Shown in pieces: positions 13,297 to 27,235 of a stretch of DNA of 64,000 nt. How positions within the stretch are numbered: position 1 is the stretch's first letter; each line of letters begins with the position of its first letter. The translations under genes were made by a program, and so were the position numbers. Under the pieces are notes generated by a model. That model was not told the origin of the DNA. It did not search any database and saw only the letters and a program-made list of their open reading frames with translations. Source of the stretch: Eledone cirrhosa (lineage: Eukaryota). The stretch covers positions 400,768,001 to 400,832,000 of the forward strand of contig OZ024740.1 of the NCBI GenBank assembly GCA_964016885.1, written 5' to 3'.

Positions 13297-14232
13297 TAGC
13301 GAGAGAGCAAGAGTGAGAAAGAGAGAGAGAGCGAGAAAGAGAATTGAGACCAATATATAGACAAACACAGGATGAGGGGGGAAAATGTAAAGAACCGAAA
13401 CATATGAAGAATATTACCGTTATAGGGTGAAAATTATGTGCATTAAAAACGATTGGTTAATATTAATAACCTTCTTTGTACACTATGTGCGGTACTGTTA
13501 TTGCTGTAACTACCTATGTCAATGTTAGTACTGATAACACCGATAAAGATGACGACGCCATAGACAACGACAGTGATGTTAATAACACGGGAATTCTGGC
13601 ATTGTAATGGCGTTCAATTTCTCCTTGATTTTGTTAATCGCCTCAATAGAGAGATGCTCGGTAAGCGATAATTGGAGTATGGACGCAAGTAATAGCCGAC
13701 TTAATGATGGTGATACGCCTCGTTTCATTTATTACGGCAGCAATCTTTGTACAGTTGCCCTAGTAATTAATTATATAGATATCACCTTTAGCTAAGTGAT
13801 AGCATAATATTATGTGAATATATATATACATATAAACACATAAATTACATATTTTCTTTCATTTCCCCCAATTCACTCCCTCACGCCATCTCTAGTCAAT
13901 AAACGCGTGCGTGAATGTATATATATACATTACAGTATAAACATTTTAGAGGAATTTTGTCAAATACATTCACCCCATGAACAGACGCGCATATAGAAAA
14001 TAAAAAGCAATTACGCATATGTACGCATAATGACAAGCTGCCTCGAACGCATATATATCTATTTATCACTCTCTTTCTCTCTTTCTTTATATATATATAT
14101 ATATATAAATATATATATACACACATATACATATATGCACAGGTATATGATTATATACACACACAACATACTTATATGCATAGGTATATAAATATATATA
14201 TATATATATATATAAGTATATATATATATATT

Positions 14233-14327
<95 letters not shown>

Positions 14328-14434
14328 ATATATATACATATATATATACATATATATATATATACATAACTAAAAAATCTCTGTAGCCTACATAGAGCAC
14401 TCTCTTTCCTTTACCTTTCCAACGGAAATACTTC

Positions 14435-14469
<35 letters not shown>

Positions 14470-14988
14470 TACATAAACACACACAACATAGATATATGCA
14501 TAGGTATATGAATATATATATATATATAAATATATAAATATATAAATATATAAATATGTGTGTGTGTGTATATGTATATATGTGCGTGTTTATGTGTTTA
14601 GGTGTCAGTACATGTGTGAGCACATTTATATTAATGTGTACTTACAAAAACACGTACGTGCTTACGTTCCCCAACATAAGCTGTTATATTTCATGGTAAA
14701 CTGGAACCGCACTCAATTAATGTATATGACTAAATAGCATAGAAATCCTTTGTCAAAGGTGATAACAAAACGAAGAAAAAATGGTATGTTATTTGGTGCT
14801 TGCTGACTACTCACATAGCTAAGTAGGCAAACTGAACAGATATACACTTCACAAAGACACGATACAGCATGTACAACATTGACATATACTTACGCACATG
14901 TATGTTTACATATATATATATATTTTTAAAAAAAATCTCTCTCTCTATATATATAGTATATATATATATATAATTACATGTTTGTGTA

Positions 14989-15038
14989 TAAACAACTGTA
15001 TATATGTGTATGAATAAATAAATGCATATGTATATGAA

Positions 15039-15118
<80 letters not shown>

Positions 15119-15168
15119 TTCATATACATATGCATTTATTTATTCATACACATATATACAGTTGTTTA
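14989..15168. repeat. perfect inverted repeat centred on (TA)n, followed by an 11-bp tandem repeat (AAAAGTTGTTT)
   Basis: TAAACAACTGTATATATGTGTATGAATAAATAAATGCATATG... is mirrored at 15112-15168. Confidence 0.9.
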
Positions 15169-15341
15169 AAAGTTGTTTAAAAGTTGTTTAAAAGTTGTTT
15201 AAAAGTTATATTTAAAAGTTAAACAAGGTTCAATGAATAAATCAAAGAATGAGTTTTACGATAGATTGGAAGGATTCGTTTTCCAGAGTTATTAATATTA
15301 ATTCAAAATATTAACTAAATACATATTCTTGCCATCAAGTA

Positions 15342-15408
15342 TATTTTATTATACACATTTCAGAGGTACTGAGTTAACTTCAACAGTACGTCCTCATCAG
15401 ATAAAATA
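15342..15408 (-). ncRNA. type I hammerhead ribozyme motif
   Basis: Minus strand TATTTTAT-CTGATGA-GGAC[GTACTG...CAGTAC]CTCT-GAAA-TGTGTA-TA-ATAAAATA; perfect 8-bp stem I. Confidence 0.65.
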
Positions 15409-15510
15409 AGATGATGCATGACATACCCTGACATAGTAGATGGTTAAGATTCAGTCATAGTACTACCATGACTGAATTTTAACCTTATTTGTATATACAT
15501 ATATATATAC

Positions 15511-15625
<115 letters not shown>

Positions 15626-15664
15626 TATATACATATATATACATATATATACATATATACATAC

Positions 15665-15704
<40 letters not shown>

Positions 15705-15765
15705 GTGTATGTATGTATATATGTATATATATATATATATATGTATATATATGTATATATATACG

Positions 15766-15985
<220 letters not shown>

Positions 15986-16061
15986 ATTTAATATATATTT
16001 ATCCTTATCGAGCCCTCTTGGGATTTTAGTCTTCAAATTTATTATTATTACTATATATATA

Positions 16062-16097
<36 letters not shown>

Positions 16098-16892
16098 AAT
16101 ATGGGGAGAAGAACACTGCATGGTTGCACATGGATTTACATGTTATAAAATGAGTCCCTCATCAGTGATTTGCCAACGACGATTGGTATTTCATCGCATT
16201 ATAAATCAGATACCTCACGTTGGAGCGATAATAACTAAAATAAGTTATTAGAACATTTGAAACGCGTAAAGCGAGTGAGACAAGTAAACAACACAGGGGA
16301 AAGCTAACCGAAGATGGAAAGAAACACAAGCAACATGGTTATTCTATCAGCTAAAGCTGTGTGAATATATGAGCGAGTTAGAAACAGACCTTCTGCTAGT
16401 CAATCCGATGTTAGAAAGAAGGAAAATCGTTTTCGTAGCGAACGAGAGGAGGTGAGAAGGGGAGAAACAGAGAGTGAGTGAGTGGAAGTGCGAGGAAGAT
16501 GTCAGTAGAGAGAAAGTGTTAACTGACATGACAGAGGGGACGAAAGAAAGTAAGAGAAACAAAGAGAACGAGGGAGCAGTAAGAGAGAAAGAGAGAAACA
16601 GTAGAAGGGGTTGAGTCGGGGATAACCACAGTAAGTAAGGTAATCAATACATGGCAGAGTAAAATATTTTTATTTTATAGAAGGAGCTTAAAATATATAA
16701 AAATATAAAATAAAAAAATATATATATATATACAGATGTAATATGTTATTTCGGGTTCATTCGGAGGTAACCAAAGTAAGTAAGGTACTCAATACATAGC
16801 AGAGTATAAATGTTTTAATGTTTTAATATAGAAAAGCTTCTACAGGACTAGAACTGTTTCATTCGTGAGAAATATATATATATATATATATA

Positions 16893-17938
16893 TGGAAAGT
16901 TATATTTAAATTGTTGTGTTACAACTAGTAAATATTTATAACTGATATAAAGGCACTCGACAAATATTTGGAGTATATTTACAATATTAAATAAATGGAA
17001 ACTATATTTATAAAACCATATTTATTTCATTATATATATTTCAGGGATAACATATTAACAATATGCTATGCCTTCCTCAGACAAAATACAATATAAACAG
17101 TTTTATAGATAAATAGATTCGACATACCGTAACAACATCTACTTGCATTTGAGAAGGTTGATTTGGTTGATTTGGTTGAGAAAAAAGGAAAGAAGGACAG
17201 AAAACGAAGAAAAAGAAAAAGAAGAAATGCATGGAACAAAATAGAGAGATGGAAAGATAGATAAAGAGAAGAACTTCATGTAAAGAAACAGAAAGAGATA
17301 TATATATATATAGAGAGAGGAAATAGAGATAGATACATATATAGACAGCTAGGTAGTGGGACGACTGTTGAATAACGTATCAATGATAAATTTATTTATT
17401 TATTTATTTAGCTCTAGTATTAATGTAAGGGAGATATATGGAGGGAAAACCAGCTGTTATATAGGGAGAGAAAAAATAAATAAATAAATTTATCATTCAT
17501 ACGTTATTCAACAGTCGTCCCACTACCTAGCTTTCTATATATGTATCTATCTCTATTTCCTCTCTCTATATATATATATATATCTTTCTGTTTCTTTACA
17601 TGAAGTTCTTCTCTTTATCTATCTTTCCATCTCTCTATTTTGTTCCATGCATTTCTTCTTTTTCTTTTTCTTCGTTTTCTGTCCTTCTTTCCTTTTTTCT
17701 CTCTTTTTCTCTCTTTCTCTCTCTCTTTCTTTCTCTCTGTGTACAATTTTGTCACAACCAAATCAACCTTCTCAAATGCAAGTAGATGTTGTTACGGTAT
17801 GTCGAATCTATTTATCTATAAAACTGTTTATATTGTTTTTTGTCTGAGGAAGGCATATCATATTGTTAATATGTTATCCCTGAAATATATATAATGAAAT
17901 AAATATGGTTTTATAAATATAGTTTCCATTTATTTAAT

Positions 17939-17944
<6 letters not shown>
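16893..17944 (-). mobile_element. second fold-back copy of the 6459-10172 PLE family
   Basis: Tail 16893-16979 is homologous to 10083-10172; arms 16980-17409 and 17475-17944 are inverted; hammerhead motif CTGAGGA...GAAA at 17836-17901 with a mirror in the left arm. Confidence 0.85.
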
Positions 17945-18035
<91 letters not shown>

Positions 18036-18457
18036 AAATATATATATATAAATGAGCGGAACAAGTAATCATCAAACAATCTTTTAAATAAATTAAAAAA
18101 TGATTTAAATATTCACCTGTTACCGACGGTTTCACTAATCATTGGAAATTCAGAGAATTTCCGATGGAAAGAATTAATCTTCAGACACCTATTTCCGTAC
18201 TATAAGGGTAAGATAATAAATATATCGCTTCCTGCCCATTGCATGGAGTCAGGCCGTTAAAGTGACCCACACACAAAAATAGGCCGTAAGTAAAAGCGGG
18301 ATATTAGAAAGTTGATCATGCCACTAAAAATAGCAGCGCGATACAACGTTTTGTTCTCTACATATAGGAGAATAATTATAAAAGGGTATGGATATTCCAA
18401 CAGGCACCAAGTACCTACAGAAATATGCATGGTGTATATATATATATATATTCATAT

Positions 18458-18712
18458 GTGAAGGCTCGTGGCTTGGTAGTTAGGGTATTCGGCTCAGGAT
18501 CGTAATGGCGTATTTACGTTGAATGGTGGCACGTTATTTCAGGTTTCTCCATTTCAATCAGCTGGCAGAAATCAGTTGCAACCGTAATTCGAAGGGCCAG
18601 AATTGCTACATTCTGTGCCAAGCTGAATCTCCCTTAGAACTACATTAATGGTACGTGTCTCTATGGAATACGTTTGGATAGTATCAACTCGTCAACATAA
18701 CCGACGGTGTGG
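18458..18712 (+). mobile_element. tRNA-derived SINE (family B), degenerate
   Basis: Head GTGAAGGCTCGTGGCTTGGTAGTTAGGGTATTCGGCTC (A-box-like), body ...GCTGAATCTCCC...AACCGACGG. Confidence 0.6.
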
Positions 18713-18722
18713 TGGTTTTATG

Positions 18723-18839
<117 letters not shown>

Positions 18840-18840
18840 G

Positions 18841-18943
<103 letters not shown>

Positions 18944-18954
18944 GCACACACACT

Positions 18955-19042
<88 letters not shown>

Positions 19043-19707
19043 AATGTGTGGAATACATTTGTTTTATGTAGGCTTAAGTATGTGGATTGAGAAAGGGAGA
19101 GGACGATGGCGAAATTGTGGGCATGCTCATTTATTTAATGTCATGCATGCTTTCTATTACATGTTTGTGTGTGCCTTGTGTATTCTCTGAATGTGTGAAT
19201 GTATTTAATTTTATGCATACACTATAGATATGGAAACTCTTACGCGATGATATTTATGTTTTAGTTCATAGTTATTCGTAATTTAATGTCCTTTATGATA
19301 GCGCTTCATATGACAATGACGTTTCAATAATAATAATAAAATCATAAGAATGAGACCAAAAAATCTTTCGTTTGTTGGAAATGTACGCAGTGTCTCGTTC
19401 GTTCTTTTTTTTTTCATCGACCACAGAATCACGAAAGGCAAAACTATCATCGACGCGATTGAACCTCAGGGTATAGGCGCGGGAGCGAGTGCATGATAAA
19501 CAATGCAAAATGTAATGATTGAACTATTCCTTAATAATATTAAGAATGAATTATTTTGTAGAGCAATACTGGAAATTGAGGAAGGATAAATTCTGCCTCG
19601 GCTGGATTTGAACTTAGAATTTAAAATGATATAATTAAATACCACAAGCTATTCTTCGTGCAACTTTACCGATATTCATTTTACAATTATAGAAATATAA
19701 CTAATAA

Positions 19708-19890
19708 TTGTTTCTACTTTTTGGCACAAGGCCAGCAAATTACACAGTACATTACTGGTACTTTATTTTATCGACCCTGTAAGGATGAAAGGCAAAGTTA
19801 ACCTCGGCGGCATTTGAACTCAGACTATAAAGGGCGTAACTCTTTGCTGCATAGCATGGCGTCCAACCCTCTACCGATACTGCCACTCCA
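19708..19890 (-). mobile_element. SINE family A
   Basis: Reverse complement of the family A consensus; a more degraded copy follows at ~19895-20010. Confidence 0.85.
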
Positions 19891-20200
19891 ATGGTTTCTG
19901 ATTTAGTGACGAAAAATAATTTCGGGGAAGGAAAGTTGAGTAAATTGACCTCAGTAGTTGACTGTTATTTTATTTTAATTGACCTCGAAAGGATAGAAAT
20001 TAAAGATGATGTCTGTGTGATTCCAACGACCTCATAAATAACCGTAAATAAATATGGCAGGTTATATTTTCCGACACTAATGAATCACCTAGTCTATATT
20101 TAATTACAATAGTCACAAGGTTAGACATTTTGAGAGAAGAACCCATCGATTATATCGAGTCCAGAATTTATCTACTACTTTAGATGAGTAAATTAACACT

Positions 20201-20271
<71 letters not shown>

Positions 20272-20275
20272 GCTA

Positions 20276-20320
<45 letters not shown>

Positions 20321-21429
20321 CACATATATAAATATTGTATAGATTTAACACTAAGTGAAGTCGAATGAAATTTGATATATGGAAATTGGTCGAGTTGATC
20401 GTGTGGACCGACAAGTCTTTTGATGGAAAGCACCAAACACATTGCATGCACCTTCGCCAAAATCGTACACTCTCTGTTATGTCTCAGAAATTATCAATTG
20501 TGCCACCCTTCTCCGCGTCATTCTTCATCAGTGCTGCCACTCACCAACTTGCAAAACTGTGAGATCTCCTTTTCTACTGCCAATTTCAGTACACAGCTCT
20601 GAGGATATAGACAAACGTAAAACGTTTAGACTAGACCATCGAAACCGTATGATCGACACCTCGTGTAGCCGCCTAGGCATATTGTATCTCGGATGGTCTT
20701 ATCGGCTTTTCGCAGCAGTCCAACATCTTTCGCCGAGAGTGTGAGTAGGCCATCGAGGTAGGAATTATCTTCCGCTATCCTTTCCGTCTCTCGCTTTTCT
20801 CAATAGTTATGCTTAGTGACGCCGGAAAGTCATACACATCTGCTAGGAATGGAGCAGTCCGCGCCCTGCTTGGTCCACCGAAGACTGAACTGTGGCGTTA
20901 TCCCACGCTGCACCTCTACCACTCGGGCGCATCCAACAGCTTTCGTTCTCACACATCTTAGAGAAAGTTCCTTAGCTCTAACAATGCCAGCATTGTATTT
21001 GGTATTGAAGAAATTATCTAGTGTCATTATCGCGGCTAGCAAGTCGATTGCATTGCACCGCTAAACAACTCTTTAGCTAACAACTCCTCCCAGCCTGTCT
21101 AAGTTTTCTTATTGCTACTGCTTTACTAAAGGCTATTGCTTCTACGCTAATAGCTTTCTTGACAACGTACAAACAGCTGTTGTTGACGATTTCACCTGTC
21201 AACTGTCGCTTAATAAATGTGTTAATCCGGTCTCTGTAGGCTTTACGTGCCGTGAACAACACGTTAAGCATCTAGTAATCAACTTCCCTGTCTACGTGAT
21301 ATATCTAGTTTAAACATGTTGATCACATATTTGTGTTCTGAATAGGCGACGGTTTTTAGGCGACGGTTTTTAGGCGACACCAAACACTCTCCCTATTGGC
21401 TAAACTAATAAAAAGGCGAATTTTAAATA

Positions 21430-21830
21430 CGATCAAGTTGGCGCTATGTGATTGCTCCATGTCCACGCTGGTACGTTTGCGAAGTCTTGTCGATAACTGT
21501 CAGACAGTTTGAACCGTCTGATCAGGATCGGGTACTTTTGCACTCTCTGCCTCTGTCAGCTATTCCCACATGGCCACAGTCTTCTTCAATATTCCGTTAA
21601 AATCCCTTGCTAACAGTAAACAGGTGCTTGAAAGAATCAGGCCATCTAGCTCCATTAGGGTCAGAGATTGACACCAGCGTACTATCCAGGTACAGTAAGA
21701 TCGTCAGAATCTCAAAATACAGGTATTTTCAAAAGAGCACTGACCAACATGTCTCATTTCAAGCCGACTAAGAGCATAAATCTCAAATTGTCAAAAATAC
21801 AGCACATCACTTATGTTCTTTATTTCACGA
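21430..21830 (-). mobile_element. possible highly degenerate LINE (RTE-like) 3' fragment
   Basis: Weak LRW...APVYC resemblance to the RLRWLGH region; GC-richer than the flanks. Confidence 0.3.
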
Positions 21831-23694
21831 AGCGTTATAAGGAACATCAGTTTTTCATTGGCCCTCCTCACAAGAAACAAGTTCGGTGTGTATGCAGTTG
21901 TTTTGTAATTATTCTGTGTATCCATGTGAATGTGTTTAGAGGATGCGGAACAGGAAAACAAGCATAAGCTTTGTTAGGAGATTCCAGAGTGGTTTTGATG
22001 ATGTGTTCTTTTTCTTAATATTGTTGCTACTAATGTTGGTGTTGCTGGTGCAGTTGTTGATTCTCCTTTCACTCTTGTTGATATTGTTGCTGCTGCCGGG
22101 GCGCGGGTACCGCTGATTTTGTACGCTGTTGGTTTCATGGATGTTGTCGAAGCCCTGGTTTTGGCAACAATGGAGCTCTGTTTCTGGCTTTATATCTCCA
22201 AACGTATCATAGACCAGTGTTCTCCTCGTGTTTCATTTACTTTCAGGAGGGTTTCACTACATTCCAGGCCCGCGCAGCTCAGGATTCACCAGATACCTAC
22301 CTCATGTGGGATTCCGGAAATTATGACACCTAAAGTCATTCTCATTAAATACGTATTTGTTGTTTTAATAGAGTATTATAGAGTGTCTGGTGGCAACAGC
22401 TTTACATTTAAAGAGCACTGGAATGACTACAAAATGCGTGACTTTTATGATGTTCTGTATGTCAAGCATTATTCTTGTGCTCTTTAAGTTTTGGCATGAA
22501 CCGGGGATTCGAACATGTGTGTACACGCGCATGTATATATCAATTTTTTTTTCTGATGCTAACAAAACCTCGATTTGATGGCTACATTGTTAACTCTTTT
22601 GATTAGTTTGGCCCCTTGTGTCAAATATAAGCGTTTATATGAAATATCCATGCTGAAATGTTCCGTTGCTTTTACTGCCGTTGATGAAAGTATATTTTTG
22701 TTTATATTGTTGTTGTTGCTTATGTTACTACTGTCACTGTGTCATTGATGTTCAGGTCCATGTCACTAGTGTTTTTGTTGTTATTTATGTTGTCAATGAT
22801 ATTTATGACTGTGCTTATTATTGTCGTTTTGGTACTAATGTCGTTGTTGTGTTTGGTTGTCTTTGATCTTGTCAATATGATACCGGTGACAGCGGTGACA
22901 ATGTTTTCAATTGCGGGAAATTAAATTCATACATTTCATTTATTTCCCGCATTTTGTTGTTGTCGCTGCTTTCTGGTAATTGAACTTTGGCTGTTCCATA
23001 TTCTGTCGAGCGGGCTGTACTTTTTAGCGGATAATTTCCTCTCGTTCACCATATCCTGGTTTGGTTGGTGAGTTTATGAAAAAGAAGCACACATTTATCC
23101 CTCAAGTGCTGAAGAAAAAGGAAAACGACCGAGATCCATTGGAAGAAGGCCGGTTTAACCACAGAGAATATTCTGACAAATATGTTTTACAAACATGTAA
23201 ATAAACATTAATTTTACTCCACCGATCTGTACCATGTCTCAAGGGACTCAATAATATTGATCATATTGGTGATAATGGTAATAATAATGATAATAATAAT
23301 AATAATGATAATAATAGTAATAATGATAATGAGGATAATGATAATAATTTCTTTATTGGACAAAAGTGCCTATATATAGGGAGAATGCAGTAGTCAGAGA
23401 CAGTCGGCGTTTACAAGAAAATCGAGTAAAAATATACAAAACAATAAAAATAAACAAAAGAATTACAGCAATGAAAATTCCCAAATAAGGGAGAGGGTCC
23501 AATCGGGGGCGACACAGGAACCCACCAATCCTGATCCAATATCCACACTGGTTAATATGTTGGCATCAGTGGCGTAGCTAGGGTAAACGGCGCCCAGGGC
23601 AAGCATCAAAATCCCCCCCCCCCCAATCAAAGAGTCAAGATCCACAAAGACGAAATTGCGGTAGAATTTATAATAAAAAAACAAAAAACGGTTA

Positions 23695-25340
23695 TAACTC
23701 TTGATTTTTCGAGCTTTTAATGAGGCAAACTGGTTGATAATTTTCTCGAAATAAGTTCGTTCAAACTCTTCGATTTCTACATTCAAAAGGGCGAGATCAG
23801 TCAGCCGTTGTTGGCCCATTGAGGTTCGCAAATACGAATGTATTAGCTTCAGCTTGCTGAACGACTTCTCGTAACTGGCAATTGAAATAGAAATCGCCAA
23901 CATTATCATGCTTTCCAGCATAGTTACGTCCCTTTACAATCTGAGTTCAAATCCCGCCGAGGTTGACTTTGCCTTTCATCCTTACGGGGTCGATAAAATA
24001 AAGTACCAGTAATGCACTGCGTAATTGCTGGCCTTGTGCCTAAAGTAGAAACAATTATTTGAATGCTGATTCGCAAATTGGGAAAAACACATTCATCGCC
24101 GTATTGTATGATGAGTTGGAGAAGTGCCTCCGGCTTTAAAATTGGGTCAGCTGTCCTAGTAGCTAGCAAAGATCGGCAGTCCAAGATTTCCTCATACAAT
24201 TGCTCTCTTTCGATGTCGGAGTTGTTTAGTTCCGCAAGACTGTTGTACCTTTATTTAAGGACAAGGTTATCAGGAGCAGCCAAATAAAATAGATAGTTGA
24301 CATCAAGAAGAAAGCCAAAACTTGAGTCTGTTTCCTTAAGTCGAATAAACCGTTCTACCATTTCTGTTTGAAGACGATTGAGTGAACTTTGCATTGCTCT
24401 CTCTATCTCTTTTTTGGCAGCCACCTCGACGTACTCAGTAAATTCGGTATTGGTTTGTCGTCATCCTCGCCTCCTCGGAAAATCGACATTCCATTTCTGG
24501 CAGAGGTCGAAGCCCATTTCAAGAGACTCGTGGATTAAGGATGTTCCTTCTTCTTTAAAATAAAGTTGAAGGGCTCCTATATCAGCTGCAGCATCGTGGA
24601 AATTCATTCTTGTATCTTGAAGTCTCTTTTGAACCCAGTCAATTCGTGAGAGAATCGTGTTCCAGAATCCAATCAAGTTCAGGAATTCATAACTCAGTAT
24701 CCGATTATGGAGATTACTGGCATCACTTCTACTCTCGCATGTCTCTGTTTCATCATCACTAATTTTTTCGAGAACTTGAACAATCAGCGTCAAATAATTC
24801 GCCACCGGTCTGACTGCGGTACATCTAGCACTCTACCGCGTGTCGGAAGGATATTTAACAACCACTGGAGCAACTTCTTTAAGGGCTTCCCATCGTCGTG
24901 TTGAACGAGAAAAAAAGTTCATCATAGCAGAATCATGTTTGGCTGCATGAAGACCAGCCAGATTAAGTGAATGGTTATCGCAATTAACGAAGTGAATCAA
25001 ATTCTTCTTCTCTCTCATTCTCTGCTGAACCCCACTGCGGTTCCCAGCCATTATGGCAGCATTGTCGTAGCACTCCGATCGACAGTTCTGCAGTGGTAGG
25101 TCATCTTTTTCTAGCTCTTTCACGATTGTTTCAACAAGGCTTGCGGCATCTTTTTTGATTACTTGAATGAATCCAAGAAAAGGTTCCCTCACAACCACCG
25201 TCTTCATATTGAAATCAACATCGACATATCGCACAACTTTTGACAGTTGTTCTCAGTGCGCCTGGTCAAGGGTCGAATCAATCAGCAGACCATAGTATCT
25301 TGCTTTTTGGATACGACTTAGTAAATTCTGACGAACTGTA
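23695..25340 (-). pseudogene. hAT transposase (ZMYM1/Tip100-like), frameshifted and 5'-deleted
   Basis: GLLIDST..., CYDNAAIMAG...GVQ, CDNHSLNL, STRRW, and the dimerisation motif SxEKSFSKLKLIHSYLRTSMGQQRLTDLALL. Confidence 0.9.
23922..24058 (+). mobile_element. 5'-truncated SINE family A inserted in the hAT transposase
   Basis: B-box and central domain; splits the transposase between FPNLRISIQI and MLAISISIASYEKSFS. Confidence 0.85.
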
Positions 25341-25974
25341 TTATAGAAGAAAACATTGAACCATCTAAACTGGAGTCAAATTGAATTCCTAATAGAAGCT
25401 ATTCGATCCTATCTGGCCATTTGGATTATGATACTTTTTCTATACGTCTTATGTACCAGATGTAAAAGACAAACTACTCTGTTTTGTTAACCAGCTTCAT
25501 AATTATAATTTTGCAATTGGTCATTGCAATGCATTGCTAAAAATAGCGCCTGCGTGTCCACCAGTTGCACGTCCAAAACTACGTCCCTTCAGTCAGTGTG
25601 GGGGTGGGGTGGGGGCGGTTTTGTGAGGTCAAATCAGACATCTGCTCTGTCTAGTGCACTAGACATGGCGTGGAAGTCGGCTATCAAGAAATCACATGCT
25701 TCATTTTTGGCTTATATTTAAAAAAATGATAAACACGACATGGATGTAAATCGATCTAGGTCGAAATTGCGCCCCCCTAAATATGGCGCCCGTGGCATGT
25801 GCCCTGTTTGCCACACCCTAGCTACGCCACTGGTTGGCATTATAAAACCATAACAAGTGGTACAATCATCATTGCAACTGAAGGAGAATATGTAACGATT
25901 CTGTGAAACTTTCCCGTACATGCAGACATAACAAACAACACTAACAGACAGGATATTGTTGTAAAAGAACAAAA

Positions 25975-26132
25975 TAATTGTTTCTACTTTTGGCACAATG
26001 CCAGCAATTACCTCAGTGCATTACTGTTGCTTTATTTTATCGACCTCGTAAGGATGAAAGGCAAAGTTAACCTCGGCAGGATTTGCTGGAAGGCATGGCA
26101 TCCGACCCTCTACCGATACTGTCAATCCACCA
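25975..26132 (-). mobile_element. SINE family A, internally deleted
   Basis: Reverse complement of the consensus. Confidence 0.8.
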
Positions 26133-26785
26133 ACAAAATAATAAAGTATATTTTATTGATTGATTTCACAATCACATGTGATCACAACATTGCAGTAAAA
26201 ATGTTGACAAGCTTAGGAAATATAAGAATTTGCTCATTGAAATTGAAAACAAACCTAACATCTCAAGTTGATTAAAATACCAGTGATTATAGGATCACTA
26301 AGAATGAGCAAAAGAGGAAAACAACTTTAGTTTAGAATAATCCTTAGATTACCATTACTGCAAGTAGTACAACAAATTGTTTTAACTGGAACAGCACATA
26401 TATTACTAAGAGAAAAATAATCATCTTTATAATTTTTTTCAAAACTTTATTTGATATTATTCGATAATCATGTAAGTTCTAAATAATAAAGCAGCCTTAT
26501 GTGATTGAATAATTCATAATATTCATGATGAAATATAACATTTGTTAGACCTACAATTTAAAAGTATTTTGAATTGTTTATTTTAAGAATGTGTATCTTT
26601 AGTTATAAGTCAATGGAAAGCTGCTTCAACAGTTTTCATGCTACAATTGTCTATTTTTCGTATGGAACAAATATGATCTCTTGCTGTTGCTGATTTTGTG
26701 AACTTTGTATCTAATATCCCGTTATTTCTTTTTCAAGATGATATGGTGTAATTTTATAGGGATGATGTTATCTTATTATACACCA

Positions 26786-27235
26786 CTAGCAGAAAAACCA
26801 CCCTTAGGGTGGTTTTCTGCTAGCATGTGTAATGTGCATATTGATATTATACGAAAATATATATGCATGCAGATATGATACATCAAATAAAATCGTAATT
26901 GACAATATGCACAGAAATTGAACGAAGTAAAGTAATCCATGATACATTTAAAAAAGACGATATTATATATAAACTGCACTAGGAAAAAAATTAGTGACGG
27001 AAATATATGAATGTTTATATAACCGATCGCTAACCGGAAGTGTTGACATTTGAAAAGAGGTGAATCTTTAAATAAGCAATAAAATATATTTGATCAACAG
27101 CTACGAAATTTAGTAGATAAATTATGTAATATTCATTCAATATTTATTCAAAGTAATCCAACTTATTTTACAAACGGGATAAAAAAATATATTTTGGACG
27201 TTGTCCCGCACTCCTACCTTTATTATAGTTAAGAT
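26786..27235 (+). mobile_element. possible non-autonomous Helitron/Helentron-like element
   Basis: 5' CTAGCAGAAAAACCACCC-TTA-GGGTGGTTTTCTGCTAG hairpin and 3' end TTTATTATAGTTAAGAT, resembling ACTAG...TATAGAT-ended rolling-circle derivatives. Confidence 0.4.

Larger units (their letters stand above)
23567..25832 (-). mobile_element. hAT-superfamily DNA transposon, defective
   Basis: 18-bp TIR CAGTGGCGTAGCTAGGGT at both ends; 8-bp TSD GTTGGCAT (23559-23566 and 25833-25840). Confidence 0.95.

Noticed and set aside
22247-22333. Possible terminal exon (TTTCAG|EGFTTFQARAAQDSPDTYLMWDSGNYDT*)
   Set aside because: The acceptor-like site and short frame have no recognisable homology or partner exons.
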